DNA of 64,000 nucleotides, taken from positions 1-64,000 of the forward strand of contig CAWIBO010000005.1 in NCBI GenBank assembly GCA_963834385.1, read 5' to 3'. The translations under genes and the position numbers were made by a program. Shown in pieces: positions 51,590-61,818 of this stretch. This stretch comes from an uncultured Verrucomicrobiae bacterium (lineage in GTDB: Bacteria > Verrucomicrobiota > Verrucomicrobiia > Chthoniobacterales > UBA10450). The notes beneath the pieces were generated by a model that saw nothing but the letters and a program-made list of their open reading frames with translations, had not been told where the DNA came from and ran no database searches. The stretch's first letter is position 1; each line of letters opens with the position of its first letter.

Positions 51590-52140
51590 TGACGGGGCTT
51601 CGCGTTCTTCTTATCGTCGTCTGCCTGGCCGGCCTGGCCGTTCCCGCTCAGGCCAAGGATGAGAAATCCATTGCCGGGTTCACCAAGGCCATGCTGGAGA
51701 TGGCGCCCGGGATTGATCCCGCGGAGGCCGCGCAGGTTTCGCTGATCTCGCACCGCGAATCGCGCCGGCTGGCGAAGGAATACCGGGTGGTCGGCCCTTC
51801 CGTTTTCCAGAATTTTCTCATCCACGTCGGCGCCCGTAAGAAAGGTTTCTGTTTCCACTGGGCCCGCGACATCGGCGCCAAACTGCGCGAGCTGCCGCTG
51901 GAGACCCTCGAGCTGCACTGGGGGGCGGCCGATGCCGGGACCCGCCTCGAGCATAACGTCGTCATCGTCACCGCGCGCGGCCAGAGCATCTACCAGGGTT
52001 ACGTGATTGATGGCTGGCGCAACGCCGGCCGCCTCTGCTGGTGGCCGGTCTGGAAGGATCGGTTCCGCTGGAAGGAAGACCGGGCCGAGACCGCCTGGTT
52101 GCAGAAGAGCGGTCCGATTCCCGCGACCGCGGCGCGCTGA
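51589..52140 (+). CDS. Secreted hypothetical protein
   Basis: Signal peptide; GFCFHWA, EHN and DGWR motifs (possible Cys-His-Asp set). Confidence 0.75.
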   Translation: MTGLRVLLIVVCLAGLAVPAQAKDEKSIAGFTKAMLEMAPGIDPAEAAQVSLISHRESRRLAKEYRVVGPSVFQNFLIHVGARKKGFCFHWARDIGAKLRELPLETLELHWGAADAGTRLEHNVVIVTARGQSIYQGYVIDGWRNAGRLCWWPVWKDRFRWKEDRAETAWLQKSGPIPATAAR

Positions 52141-52191
52141 TCCCGCTTTCCGGGCTTGCCTTGCCCGCCCCGGGCCGTTGAAATCGCGGCC

Positions 52192-53151
52192 ATGGCCGAC
52201 GAACGCCCGCGCATCCAGATTTTCGAGCCTTTCGGGGAGGCCTTTACGCTGACGAAGCGGATGCTTTTCCAGCCGTTCGATCTCACGAAATGGCTCGTGG
52301 TCGGTTTTGCGGCTTTCCTTGCAAGTTTTCTCGGCGGGCTTGGCGGCGGGGTGAATTTCAAGCGTTCCCGACCTCGATCACCCGGAGATCCGGGCGCGCA
52401 CCGAGAATTTTACCCTGCCCGACGTGCAGGAATGGCTGCCCTGGCTCCTGGTGGCTTTCGTCGTCGGCCTGATCATCCTCGCCGTCCTCGTGACACTCTG
52501 GTGGCTGGGCTCGCGCGGGCAGTTCATTTTCATCGATTGTGTGGTGAAAAATCGCGGCGCCATCCAGGAGCCGTGGCGCGAGTTCAAAACGGAGGGGAAC
52601 AGCTTCTTCCTCTTTCTCCTCGGTCTGATCGGGGTGAGCCTCGTGGCCGCCCTGATGTTTCTCGGGCCGATGATTTTCCTGCTCGTCCGTTTCGTGAAGG
52701 ACAATCCCCTGGTCTGGATTCCGGCCGGGCTGTTGATCCTTCTTTTCCTGCTTTATTGCTTCGCGGTTTTTGTCCTGACGCAGTTCATGACGCCCATCAT
52801 GTACCGGCAGCGGTGCCGTGCCATGACCGCTTTGCGCGAGAACATCGCCCTCGTCTTCCGCCACCCGGGGACGATTCTCCTCTACTGGCTTTTCCTGATG
52901 GTCCTGAGCATCGCCGCCACCATGCTCATTTGCGCCCTGACCTGCCTGACCTGCTGTGTCGCCGCCATTCCCTACATCGGCACGGTTTTGCTCCTGCCGA
53001 TTCACGTTTTTTTCCGGGCCTACCATCTTCTCTTCCTGCGGCAGTTCGGCCCGCAGTTTGACGTCTGGGCCGGGCTCACGCCGCTGCCCGCGCCCGCCCC
53101 GTGGCTCCGGCCCCGCCGACCGACCAGGCGCCGCCTCCGCTCCCGGCCTGA
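52192..53151 (+). CDS. Multi-pass membrane protein (apparent frameshifts near 52370 and 53100)
   Basis: TKRMLFQPFDLTKW continues into hydrophobic ORF 52424; Pro-rich tail ends TGA 53151 in a shifted frame. Confidence 0.7.
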
Positions 53152-53157
53152 CCCGGT

Positions 53158-55551
53158 TCAGCCCGCGGTGGTCGCCCAGAATGCCCGGAAAGCGTTCGGC
53201 CAGCTGCGGTCCACCACTTTTTGCCGCGCCCGCGCCGCCATCTCCCGGCGCCGTGCCGGGTCTTCTGCGAGGGTCCGGATGGCCCGGGCGAAATCGTCCG
53301 CGTCGTGCGCTTTCGTGACGAGCCCGTCCACGCCGTTTTCCACCAGTTCTTTCGGCCCGCCGAGGTCGGAGACAACCGCCGGGAGACCCGAAGCCTGCGC
53401 TTCGAGGATGACGTTGCCGAAGGTGTCGGTGGTGCTGGGAAAGACGAAGATGTCGGCCGAGGCGTAGGCGGTGGCCAGTTTGTCGCCGGTAAGGTAGCCG
53501 GTGAAAATCGCGCCGGGCAGTTGCTGGCTGAGTTCCTGCCGGAACGGGCCGTCCCCCACGAAAAGAAGCGTCGCTTCCAGGCCGCCCGCCTGCAGTTTTT
53601 CGAACGCCTCCGCGAGGATGGCGAGATCTTTCTCCCGCGAGATCCGGCCGACATAGAGGAGCCGGATTCCCGGGGCCTTTTTCCAGAACCCGGGATCGCG
53701 CCGGTCGGGATGGAAAAGCTCCGTGTCGATGCCGCGCGGCAGGATCTTCAATTTTTCCGGGGCAAAACCGCGCTGGACCCAGCTTCGGCGGTATTGCTCG
53801 GAATTGACGTAAACGATATCGAACTGCCCGTAGAACCAGCGCATGTAGGTCCAGGCCAGGCTTTCCAGGAAACTGTCCTCGGTCAGGATGCGGATATACT
53901 CGGGGAAATCGGTGTGATAGATGCCGCTGCTCCGCAGGTTCAACATCCGGGCCGCGAGCGCGCCGGTCAGGCCGACCGGCCCGGGGGTGCTGATGATGAT
54001 TTCGGTGAAGCCCTCGCGCTGGACGTAATCGAGGATCTGGAGAATCGGCGGGAAACTGAGCTTTTGCAGTTCGTACTCCGGGAGCTCGAACTCGCCGATC
54101 GGGCGGAAATTTTTCAACGGGATGTCGGTAATGCCGATTTCCTTGCGTGACGTGACGACGACGAGGGTTTCGCCGGCGGCGGCGCCTTCGGCGGTCATCT
54201 TGCGGATGGTGGTGGCGACACCGTTCACGTCGTCGAGCGTGTCCGTGAACCAGGCGCGCTTATGGTTTTGCAGCGAGGCGGGGATTTTTCCGGAAAGAGC
54301 CGTGCAGATTTCCCGGAGCCAGCGGCGCGAGGGGGCCTGGCTGTGAAAGCCGTAGATGTAAGGGGCGAGGATGACCAGGATCGGGACCACGCCACTGAGG
54401 GCCTGGATGGCCTCGAGCAGGTTGCCGCTGCGGATCTGGATGATGAACTTCTCGAAGAGGCGAAAGGCGAACTGCTCGCTTACGAGGTTGGCCATGAGAA
54501 AGGCGCGGCGCTCCTGTTCGGGAATGGCTTTGACCTCCCGCGCCAGCATCCGCTTCGTCTCCACGCGGGCGAAGTAACCGGAAAGCTCTTTCCAAAGGGA
54601 GACGTTGGCCGGTTTGGCCAGCTCAAAAAGTTTTCCGGAGAGAATGCCCTCGGCGACGAAGGAAGCCTTCTCGCGCAGGCTGAACTCCGTCGGGTCGCGC
54701 CCTTCCATGAACCGGGAAAACATCTGGCTGACGAGGTTCGCTCCCGGGCCCATCTGGCTGGTGAAGCGTGCCTCGATGAAGAGGGAAAGCGTCTTGTAAA
54801 AGCCGTGGGCCAGGGCGACGGGAGTGCCTCCCTCGCCGCGGATTTCGCAGTCCCCCCGCTGGACGGCGGCCAGGAAATCGGCGGGCCGCGTGGCCGGGCC
54901 GGCGGTTTCCGTGAAGGCGGAGGCGAGGAAAACGCCGCCATGGTCGTCCGAGCCGGCGGTGAAGATTTTTCGCCACGGCTCCGGGTGGGTCGGGGCGAAC
55001 CCGTGGCGATTTGCCATTTCCTCGATCTTTTTCTCCGTCAGACCGCCGAGCAGGTCACGGGCGATCTCGCTCAGGAGGGCGTCGCGCAGTCCGTTCAGTC
55101 CCTCGAAATGCTTGAAGAGCAGGATCAGCTTCTCGAGGTGGGCCGCTTCCAGCTTGCCGTTGATGCTGTAGAGGGGATGGGCCACGGCGTGCACGATCCC
55201 TTCCGTCTGCAGATACCCCTGGAGATCGAAGATGTTCTCGCGCAGGCGCGCGATCTCGTTGTGCTGCCCTTCCGTGATCCCCCAGGCAAGGAGGTTGATC
55301 TTGCAGGGGTCCTGCGGGAAAAACGTCGTGATCTGCTCGCTCAGGAAGGTGTCGGGATGTTCTTCCAGACGCAGGCAGCCCTCGATCGAGTCGTGGTCGG
55401 TGATGGTGACGAAATCCATTCCCCGTTCCTTGAGCCGGGCATGGATCTCGGCCGGATCGGTGAAGCTGTCGGGGAAATCGAACCGGCGGAAGAGCCACTC
55501 CTCCGAGCGGGCGCTGTAGCGGGAATGGACCTGGAGATCGCAACGGCTCAT
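53158..55551 (-). CDS. PHP-domain / glycosyltransferase family 4 fusion
   Basis: DLQVHS, TITDHD, AHP, GSDDH (PHP); YHTDFP, VGRISREK, DTFGNVILEA (GT4). Confidence 0.9.
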   Translation of the reverse strand: MSRCDLQVHSRYSARSEEWLFRRFDFPDSFTDPAEIHARLKERGMDFVTITDHDSIEGCLRLEEHPDTFLSEQITTFFPQDPCKINLLAWGITEGQHNEIARLRENIFDLQGYLQTEGIVHAVAHPLYSINGKLEAAHLEKLILLFKHFEGLNGLRDALLSEIARDLLGGLTEKKIEEMANRHGFAPTHPEPWRKIFTAGSDDHGGVFLASAFTETAGPATRPADFLAAVQRGDCEIRGEGGTPVALAHGFYKTLSLFIEARFTSQMGPGANLVSQMFSRFMEGRDPTEFSLREKASFVAEGILSGKLFELAKPANVSLWKELSGYFARVETKRMLAREVKAIPEQERRAFLMANLVSEQFAFRLFEKFIIQIRSGNLLEAIQALSGVVPILVILAPYIYGFHSQAPSRRWLREICTALSGKIPASLQNHKRAWFTDTLDDVNGVATTIRKMTAEGAAAGETLVVVTSRKEIGITDIPLKNFRPIGEFELPEYELQKLSFPPILQILDYVQREGFTEIIISTPGPVGLTGALAARMLNLRSSGIYHTDFPEYIRILTEDSFLESLAWTYMRWFYGQFDIVYVNSEQYRRSWVQRGFAPEKLKILPRGIDTELFHPDRRDPGFWKKAPGIRLLYVGRISREKDLAILAEAFEKLQAGGLEATLLFVGDGPFRQELSQQLPGAIFTGYLTGDKLATAYASADIFVFPSTTDTFGNVILEAQASGLPAVVSDLGGPKELVENGVDGLVTKAHDADDFARAIRTLAEDPARRREMAARARQKVVDRSWPNAFRAFWATTAG

Positions 55552-55554
55552 GGC

Positions 55555-56355
55555 TCAGTCCGAAAGGAGGCGCTGCTGCTGGATCCATTCGCCATAGGTG
55601 GTGACCTCGCGGCCGCCGGCGGCTTCGTCGATCAACCGGGTGACCTGTTGCCAGACGGGCGGGTGGGCATGGTCGGTGGGATGAAGGCTGATGCGCAGGA
55701 GGGGCCGTGTTTTGGTCACGGTATAAAGGGCGCGGTTCCAGCCGCGGCTGACAACGCGGCGCCAGCCGCTGCGGACGCTGTAGACGAGTGAGGGCGAGGG
55801 GTAATCGCGCCGGGTGCGCAGGTCGCGCACGCTGCCGAGACGCGTGGTGTACTCCATCTCGGCGTCGCGCGCGGCCGCTTCCGCTTCCGTTCCAAGAAGC
55901 CAGGCGGGCGCGATAAAGCCGCGCGGTTCAAAACCGAGCCGGCGAAACTCTTCCCGGGCGGTCGTGATGCGCCGGAACGCCTCCGCATACGAGAGATCGT
56001 AGAACTCCCCCTCGTCGTCGGTGTAAAAGCGGGTGATCAATTTTTGCCAGGGAGTTTCGCCCGGGTGCCGGGCGCGCTCATGAAAGTAGCCGTGAATGAC
56101 CACTTCGTGGCCTTCCTCCTGCAAACTCTGCAGCCAGCTCGCGAAAGCGCGGTCGTCGCTGATGGCGCCGCGGTGATGGTAATTGGGCACCACGAGAAGC
56201 GAGCAGGAGGAGACCCCGCGGCGTTTGAGCTCGCCCAGGATGGTGGCCGCCGTTTCCCGGGTGCCGGGGGCGACGTCATGCAGCGAGACCACCAGGGCTT
56301 CGCCCCGTTCCGCCACGGGCACCGGAAGAACTGCAGTGGCGATGGCGGACGTCAT
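55555..56355 (-). CDS. DUF2334 / polysaccharide deacetylase-like protein
   Basis: VSLHDVAP, IHGYFH, GFIAPAW, RISLHP. Confidence 0.88.
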   Translation of the reverse strand: MTSAIATAVLPVPVAERGEALVVSLHDVAPGTRETAATILGELKRRGVSSCSLLVVPNYHHRGAISDDRAFASWLQSLQEEGHEVVIHGYFHERARHPGETPWQKLITRFYTDDEGEFYDLSYAEAFRRITTAREEFRRLGFEPRGFIAPAWLLGTEAEAAARDAEMEYTTRLGSVRDLRTRRDYPSPSLVYSVRSGWRRVVSRGWNRALYTVTKTRPLLRISLHPTDHAHPPVWQQVTRLIDEAAGGREVTTYGEWIQQQRLLSD

Positions 56356-56376
56356 CGGCGCGAATCTCCACGCCGC

Positions 56377-56814
56377 CTACTCGGGCGACAAGCGTAAACG
56401 GACCCGGCCGCCCCCCATCTTCTCAATCTCACGAAATTCCTCCGGCGCGACCGGCTGCACGGAAAGACGGGCCAGGCGAAGCAGGGCCATGCCGCTGAGC
56501 TTCCTGCTGGCCTTGATGGCGTCGAGGGGGACGGCCTCTTTCAGGCCGGCCAAAGGCGCCAGCTCCACCGCGCTCCAGTCGCCCTCGCGGGCGGTGGGAT
56601 CGGGAAAGGCGGGCCGCGCCACCCGGGCAATGCCGACGACCGCCTTCTCGCTGACGCTGTGATAGAAAAGAACATCGTCGCCGCGTTTCATGGCGCGAAG
56701 ATGGTTGCGGGCGGAAAAGTTGCGCACCCCGGTCCAGTCGGTGCGTTTCTCCCGCACCAGGTCGTTCCAGGAGTAGGTTTCCGGTTCCGATTTCACGAGC
56801 CAGCACTGTTTCAC
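56377..56814 (-). CDS. EVE domain protein
   Basis: WLVKSEP, W.GVRNF.ARN, FYHS, RLSVQPV; GTG start. Confidence 0.93.
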   Translation of the reverse strand: MKQCWLVKSEPETYSWNDLVREKRTDWTGVRNFSARNHLRAMKRGDDVLFYHSVSEKAVVGIARVARPAFPDPTAREGDWSAVELAPLAGLKEAVPLDAIKASRKLSGMALLRLARLSVQPVAPEEFREIEKMGGGRVRLRLSPE

Positions 56815-56895
56815 CGGCCCAGCTTGCCGGGACGCGCGGCCGGAGACAATCCCGGCGATTCGACAAGTGGGCGCTCCTGTTTCAAGATGCCGCAG

Positions 56896-57558
56896 ATGAC
56901 CGCGCCACCATTCATCACCTTTGAAGGCTGTGAAGGCTGCGGCAAATCGACCCAGGTCAAACGGCTGGCCGCGCGTTTGCAGGCGGCGGGGGTGCCGCTT
57001 CTCCTCACCCGGGAGCCCGGCGGGACGCCGCTCGGCGAGGCGATTCGTGAGCTGCTTCTTTTTACGCCAAAAGGAGCCGCCATCTCGGCCGAGGCGGAAA
57101 TTCTTCTGTTCGCCGCCAGCCGGAGCCAGCTTGTCCGGGAAGTGATCGAGCCGGCCCGGGCCCGGGGGGAATGGGTCATCTCCGACCGGTTCCACGATTC
57201 CACCACCGTTTACCAGGGAGCGGCGCGTCGCCTCGCCGGGGAGGCGGTCGCGCGCATCAACGCGTTCGCCGTGGGCGAGTGCGTCCCGGACCTGACGCTT
57301 GTTCTCGATGTCGATGTGCAGACGGCGCGCGCGCGCATGTTGCGGCGGGTGCGCCCGGCCGGCCCGGCCGACCGCATGGAAGAAGAGCCGCTGGCGTTTC
57401 ACGAGGAGGTTCGCCGGGGTTATCACGACCTCGCCACGCAGGAACCGGAACGCGTCCGACTGGTTGACGCCTCGGCCGCGCCCGGCGATATCGAGCACGA
57501 AATCTGGCGGCAGGTCACGGAACGTTTTGCGGTGCCGGCCGGCGCCGCCGGGGTCTGA
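56896..57558 (+). CDS. tmk: Thymidylate kinase
   Basis: FITFEGCEGCGKSTQ, TREPGGT, DRF.DST.YQG. Confidence 0.96.
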   Translation: MTAPPFITFEGCEGCGKSTQVKRLAARLQAAGVPLLLTREPGGTPLGEAIRELLLFTPKGAAISAEAEILLFAASRSQLVREVIEPARARGEWVISDRFHDSTTVYQGAARRLAGEAVARINAFAVGECVPDLTLVLDVDVQTARARMLRRVRPAGPADRMEEEPLAFHEEVRRGYHDLATQEPERVRLVDASAAPGDIEHEIWRQVTERFAVPAGAAGV

Positions 57559-57559
57559 C

Positions 57560-58531
57560 ATGGCGCTCACCCCGGCCGCGGCTCTCCAGTATCTTTCGCG
57601 CAGTCATGAGCGCGACCGCCTCGGACACGCCTATCTGATCAGCGGTCCGCCCGGGAGCGGGAAGAAGCAGCTCGCGGCCGAGCTGGCCCACGCGCTCAAC
57701 GGCATTTCGCCCGGCACGGTTTTCAATGACAACACCGCCAGCGTTTACGTGGCGGAACCGCAGTCGAAATCACGCAAGATCGTGATTGAACAGATTCGCG
57801 GCCTTGAACATTTCCTCCAGTTGCGCTCGGATTCTGTGCGCAAGCTCGCCATCCTGATTGATGCCGACCGGATGCAGCCGCAGGCGGCCAACGCCTTCCT
57901 GAAGACGCTGGAGGAACCGCCGCGCGGCTCGTTGTTGCTCCTGCTCACGACGCTTCCGGAAGCCTTGCCCGACACGATTGTCTCGCGCTGTCTCGGGTTG
58001 CCGTTGGCGGCGCCGGCCGAACGCCGGCTCAGCGAGGAGGAGCAGGCGCTGGTCGCGTTGCTGGAGGAGGCCACGCGTGAACCGGGCCGCTCGGTGCAGG
58101 GCGCCTACGCGCTCGGCCAGGGGTTCCAACGGCTGCTCGGCGGCATCCGGCAGAACATCCAGGATGAGAACGCGGCGGCGCTGAAGCGGGATGAAACGCG
58201 CTACAAGAACACCACCGATGGCGCCTGGCTGGATGAGCGGGAGGATTACTACAAGGCGCTTTCCGAGAGCGCGTATATCGCCCAGCGAGCCCGGCTGGTG
58301 GAGGTTCTTTTTGCCTGGTGGAGCGACGTGCTCCGGGTCCGGAGCGGGGTGGATCGCCGCGAGCTGGAGGAAGCGCGGAGCGCGACCGAGCGGCTGGCGC
58401 AAACCATGGAGATTCCGGCGATCCTGCGTCGCATCAGACGGCTGGAGGAGTTGCGCGATCATCTCGGCCGCAACATCCAGGAAGCGCTGGCGCTGGAAAC
58501 GGCCTTCCTGCGCGTTTTTGCGGCGGATTAA
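57560..58531 (+). CDS. holB: DNA polymerase III delta' subunit
   Basis: HAYLISGP.G.GK, AANAFLKTLEEPP, TIVSRC; follows tmk. Confidence 0.92.
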   Translation: MALTPAAALQYLSRSHERDRLGHAYLISGPPGSGKKQLAAELAHALNGISPGTVFNDNTASVYVAEPQSKSRKIVIEQIRGLEHFLQLRSDSVRKLAILIDADRMQPQAANAFLKTLEEPPRGSLLLLLTTLPEALPDTIVSRCLGLPLAAPAERRLSEEEQALVALLEEATREPGRSVQGAYALGQGFQRLLGGIRQNIQDENAAALKRDETRYKNTTDGAWLDEREDYYKALSESAYIAQRARLVEVLFAWWSDVLRVRSGVDRRELEEARSATERLAQTMEIPAILRRIRRLEELRDHLGRNIQEALALETAFLRVFAAD

Positions 58532-58914
58532 CCGTCGCGCCCGCTCTTCACCGTGGCCATGGCGCCACCCGACCGTTCCCCGCCAAGGCGCAACGCCGCC
58601 GTGCCGGGAACCGGCAGTCGGTAGGAACGGTCAAACAGATTGGCCCGGCGCCATGTGCGCGAGGCGTGCCAGAGAAGGTAAAGCGCCATCAAGCCGGCCA
58701 GCGTTCCGCCCACGAGGAGCCAGCGCCGGGGAATGCGAATGCCCTCCTCGGTGATCGGCCGGGCGGGCGCGGCCGTGGCCGGCTGCGGCGGGGCGGGGAA
58801 CCGCTGATCGCCCGGCAGGGGCGGCGCCTGCTGCGCCGGCAAAAGGGCGGCCAACCAAAGGAACAGCAAAAGGATCGCCCCGCCCTTTCGCGTCCGGTGA
58901 AGGAAGAGGCTCAT
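58528..58914 (-). CDS. Hypothetical membrane protein
   Basis: Signal peptide plus TM; ATGA overlap with the upstream TPM gene. Confidence 0.6.
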   Translation of the reverse strand: MSLFLHRTRKGGAILLLFLWLAALLPAQQAPPLPGDQRFPAPPQPATAAPARPITEEGIRIPRRWLLVGGTLAGLMALYLLWHASRTWRRANLFDRSYRLPVPGTAALRLGGERSGGAMATVKSGRDG

Positions 58915-59483
58915 GAATTGGTCACCCCGGTTTGCGACCGGCGTTGTTCCTCCAGCTCGAGCGCGATCTGCCGCAGACGCTCGGTCGTGGCGGCGAGACA
59001 GCCGCGGATGGCCTCCGGCCAGCGCGCGGCGGTCACGTCCTCCCGGGCTCCTGCGAGAATGGCCCGGAGGTCTTCTTCCTTCAGATAATCTTCCAGCCCG
59101 TAACCGATCACGAGCGCCGCCTCGCGTTTCCCCGGCGCCAGTACCAGCAGCATATCGAAATTTTCCGGCCCGATGGAGGTCAGGGAACTGAAGCGCACGC
59201 GGTTGACCAGCCAAAAGGCATACTCGGTCACCGAACCGCCGGGCGGCGGATCCGCCACGAAAACCGAGAACACGACCTGCGGGAAACGTTCCTCGAACAG
59301 CTCGAGGTCGCGGCGCAGGCTGGCGATGTCGGCGAGATTCATGGCCTGCGACCGATCGGTCAGATGCGACGCATGCCGGGGGACGGCCCCGAACCGAAGA
59401 TCAAGCGCGCGCAGGGTCAGGCGGCAGTGCGGACATTGCGGTTCGGCCGCGGGAAGAACCTGCGCGCAGGAGGGGCATTTCAT
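58911..59483 (-). CDS. TPM-domain protein with N-terminal zinc ribbon
   Basis: CPSC...CPHC; IGYGLE.YL TPM motif. Confidence 0.75.
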   Translation of the reverse strand: MKCPSCAQVLPAAEPQCPHCRLTLRALDLRFGAVPRHASHLTDRSQAMNLADIASLRRDLELFEERFPQVVFSVFVADPPPGGSVTEYAFWLVNRVRFSSLTSIGPENFDMLLVLAPGKREAALVIGYGLEDYLKEEDLRAILAGAREDVTAARWPEAIRGCLAATTERLRQIALELEEQRRSQTGVTNS

Positions 59484-59658
59484 GGTGGTGCTCGCGTCGC
59501 TTTCGGGATTGAGCCGTGCGGGGGCGGCGGTCCCTATATAGCGGGAACCGTGCGAGTCTGCATCTTTCCCCGGGAACGCCACGGTGGCCGACCGCAGGAA
59601 TGGTAAAAAGGCGAGCGAGGGGGCCTGCGTTGTCGGGGAAGAGGCCGCGGCGGGAGTC

Positions 59659-60045
59659 TCAGGCCGTCATTTGCTTGCGCAAATGCTCAACCACCGGGCA
59701 ATGCTCCGCCTGCGGACTAAAGAGAATGATCTCGGAATCCGCGCCGGTCCGCACCGAGTGGCCGGGTGGCCAGTAAAAAAGTTCGCCGGCCCGGACTGTT
59801 TCCTCTGATTTGTCTCCAAAGGTCACGGTGATTTCGCCCTCGAGGAGATAACCCCAGTGCGGCGACTGGCAGAGGTCCGACTCCAGGCCTTTCAGGAGGG
59901 GCGCGATGTCGCCTCCCGCCTTGAGCGAGAAATATTCGCCGGCCATTTTGCCGTAGCCGGTGGCGTCGCCGAAATCGAGGACCTGCCGGGCAACCGCGCC
60001 GGGGACGTTGATGCGGGCCGGGATATCATCTTTCGCGATCTTCAT
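59659..60045 (-). CDS. Cupin domain protein
   Basis: CQSPHWGY, YWPPGH. Confidence 0.85.
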   Translation of the reverse strand: MKIAKDDIPARINVPGAVARQVLDFGDATGYGKMAGEYFSLKAGGDIAPLLKGLESDLCQSPHWGYLLEGEITVTFGDKSEETVRAGELFYWPPGHSVRTGADSEIILFSPQAEHCPVVEHLRKQMTA

Positions 60046-60130
60046 ATGTCTCTGGATTCGGATTTGTCGGAGGCGCTGCGTGGGTGACGCAGAAATGAGG
60101 GAGGTCGAGCCGGCTCCCGCTGTCCACGGT

Positions 60131-60997
60131 TCAGGCGGTGGCCACGCCCACGACCATCTCGCATGGGCCGGCAAAGCCGTCTGGTCCTTCGAACTGCCGC
60201 AGTTCCTGCTCGATCTCCCGCCAGGTTTCTTCGCGTTCCGCTTCGCCCAGCCCGCTCATCATCTGGTGCAGGGCGCCGAACGATTCACGCTCGAAACGCA
60301 CACACTCGTCTGCCGACGCAAGGTGAAGCGGCGCCGCCACCGTCCTGACCTCGCAATCGCGGAAACCGGCTTTTTCGTAGGCGGCGGTGAGCGCGCCCGG
60401 GCCACCGAGGCTGAACGGCCCGGGTTGGCCCGGCAACGGCGGCGGGAGGTTGGCCCGGCGGCGAATGATCCCGATGGGAATCGAGAAGAACCGGTTGTTC
60501 TCGGCGGTCGAATAAACGATCGCTCCGATCCGCCCGTCCGGCTTGAGCACACCGCGCATGCCCGTCAGCGCTTTTTGCTGATCGGGAAAATAGATCAGGC
60601 CCACGCGCGAGATGACGGTGTCAAACGAAGTCGGTTCCAGTTCGTCCAGCTTCTCGCCGTCGAGCACGCGCGTCTGCACGTTTTTGAACCCGGCTTTTTC
60701 CGCGTCGCGCGCCGCATATTCCAGGATGGCGGGCGAGATATCGGTGGCCAGGACGTGCCCGGAAGGGCCAACCCGGCGGGCCACCGCCAGGGTCTGTTCC
60801 CCGGCGCCGGCGGCGACGTCGAGCACCCGGCTGCCCTCTCCCACGCCCGCCATGTCCAGCATGGTCTCCGTGGCCGGGCCCAGCCACGCTGCAAGGGTCG
60901 GTCCCCAGCGATGCCAGGCCGCCGCCGCGACCTCCCATTGCTCGCGGGTCGTATTCTTGTATTTGACCGGATCGAACGCTGGCCGTGGATCAGTCAT
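60131..60997 (-). CDS. Class I SAM-dependent methyltransferase
   Basis: VLDVAAGAGE, ATDISP, FDTVISR. Confidence 0.9.
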   Translation of the reverse strand: MTDPRPAFDPVKYKNTTREQWEVAAAAWHRWGPTLAAWLGPATETMLDMAGVGEGSRVLDVAAGAGEQTLAVARRVGPSGHVLATDISPAILEYAARDAEKAGFKNVQTRVLDGEKLDELEPTSFDTVISRVGLIYFPDQQKALTGMRGVLKPDGRIGAIVYSTAENNRFFSIPIGIIRRRANLPPPLPGQPGPFSLGGPGALTAAYEKAGFRDCEVRTVAAPLHLASADECVRFERESFGALHQMMSGLGEAEREETWREIEQELRQFEGPDGFAGPCEMVVGVATA

Positions 60998-61077
60998 CCT
61001 ACTCCTTCATCGTTTCGGGACGCCCCTCTGCGTGTGGGGCCACGCTGAAGACCTTATCATCCGCCCGCCGGTGGCGT

Positions 61078-61178
61078 TCGGAGGGACCGGCTTCCGTAGA
61101 TCGTCTTGGGAGCTTTAAGTCTTAAGTGTTAAGTTTTAAGCGCGAAATCTGTGGCGTCCGCTCTCCCCGGCGGATCGG
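61078..61178. repeat. Composite REP/heptamer repeat, copy A
   Basis: Matches 61710-61818. Confidence 0.8.
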
Positions 61179-61233
61179 GGCCTGACAAATCAAGCGAACG
61201 TCCGGGTCGTTGCCTTAAAGCGCTGCGGTGTGT

Positions 61234-61551
61234 TCATCGCTTATGGGCAAGTGTGAAGTGGATCGGGACCTTCACCTCGGCCGGGGTGCCAGGCTTGAAT
61301 CGCCACCTCGAAAAGGCTTCCAGCGCGGCGCCATCAAGCAGCTTGTTCCCCGTGCTCTTCAGCATGCGCGCGCCGCGCACTTTTCCCGTTGTCGTATCGA
61401 CGACGAGCAGTACGACACCGCTGCCGGTAATTCCCTTCACCCGGGCCGCATACGGATAGATTGGTCTTGGCAGGCTGTTATCTCTCGCTGCCGCGATGGA
61501 AAGAGTCGCAAGTGAGAGGATCAGCACCAAACGTATGATCGGCGTCGTCAT
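61234..61551 (-). CDS. Minimal TonB C-terminal domain protein
   Basis: Signal peptide; P.YP..AR..G.TG.G, STG...LD.AA..AF..WRFKP. Confidence 0.85.
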   Translation of the reverse strand: MTTPIIRLVLILSLATLSIAAARDNSLPRPIYPYAARVKGITGSGVVLLVVDTTTGKVRGARMLKSTGNKLLDGAALEAFSRWRFKPGTPAEVKVPIHFTLAHKR

Positions 61552-61709
61552 TCACCAGAAGGGACTGCCAACCATGTTGCCAGAATGACGACCCTGTCGC
61601 AAACGTTTGCGGGAGCGAGTGGGAGGCAGAGGTACGCCGCCTCGCCGACGAGGAGAAATGGAGGACATAATGGCTTGAGTGGCACGTGTTCGATCAGCGC
61701 TGCAGGGGA

Positions 61710-61818
61710 TCGGAGGGACCTGCTTCCGCAGGTCCGCGGACGAACGGAAGTCGTCCGTCTTGGGAGCTTTAAGTTTTAAGCTCGAAATCTTTAGCCTCCG
61801 CTGCCCTTAGCGGATCGG
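61710..61818. repeat. Composite REP/heptamer repeat, copy B
   Basis: Hairpins GGACCTGC-TTCC-GCAGGTCC, GGACGA...TCGTCC and TCCGCT...AGCGGA. Confidence 0.8.
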
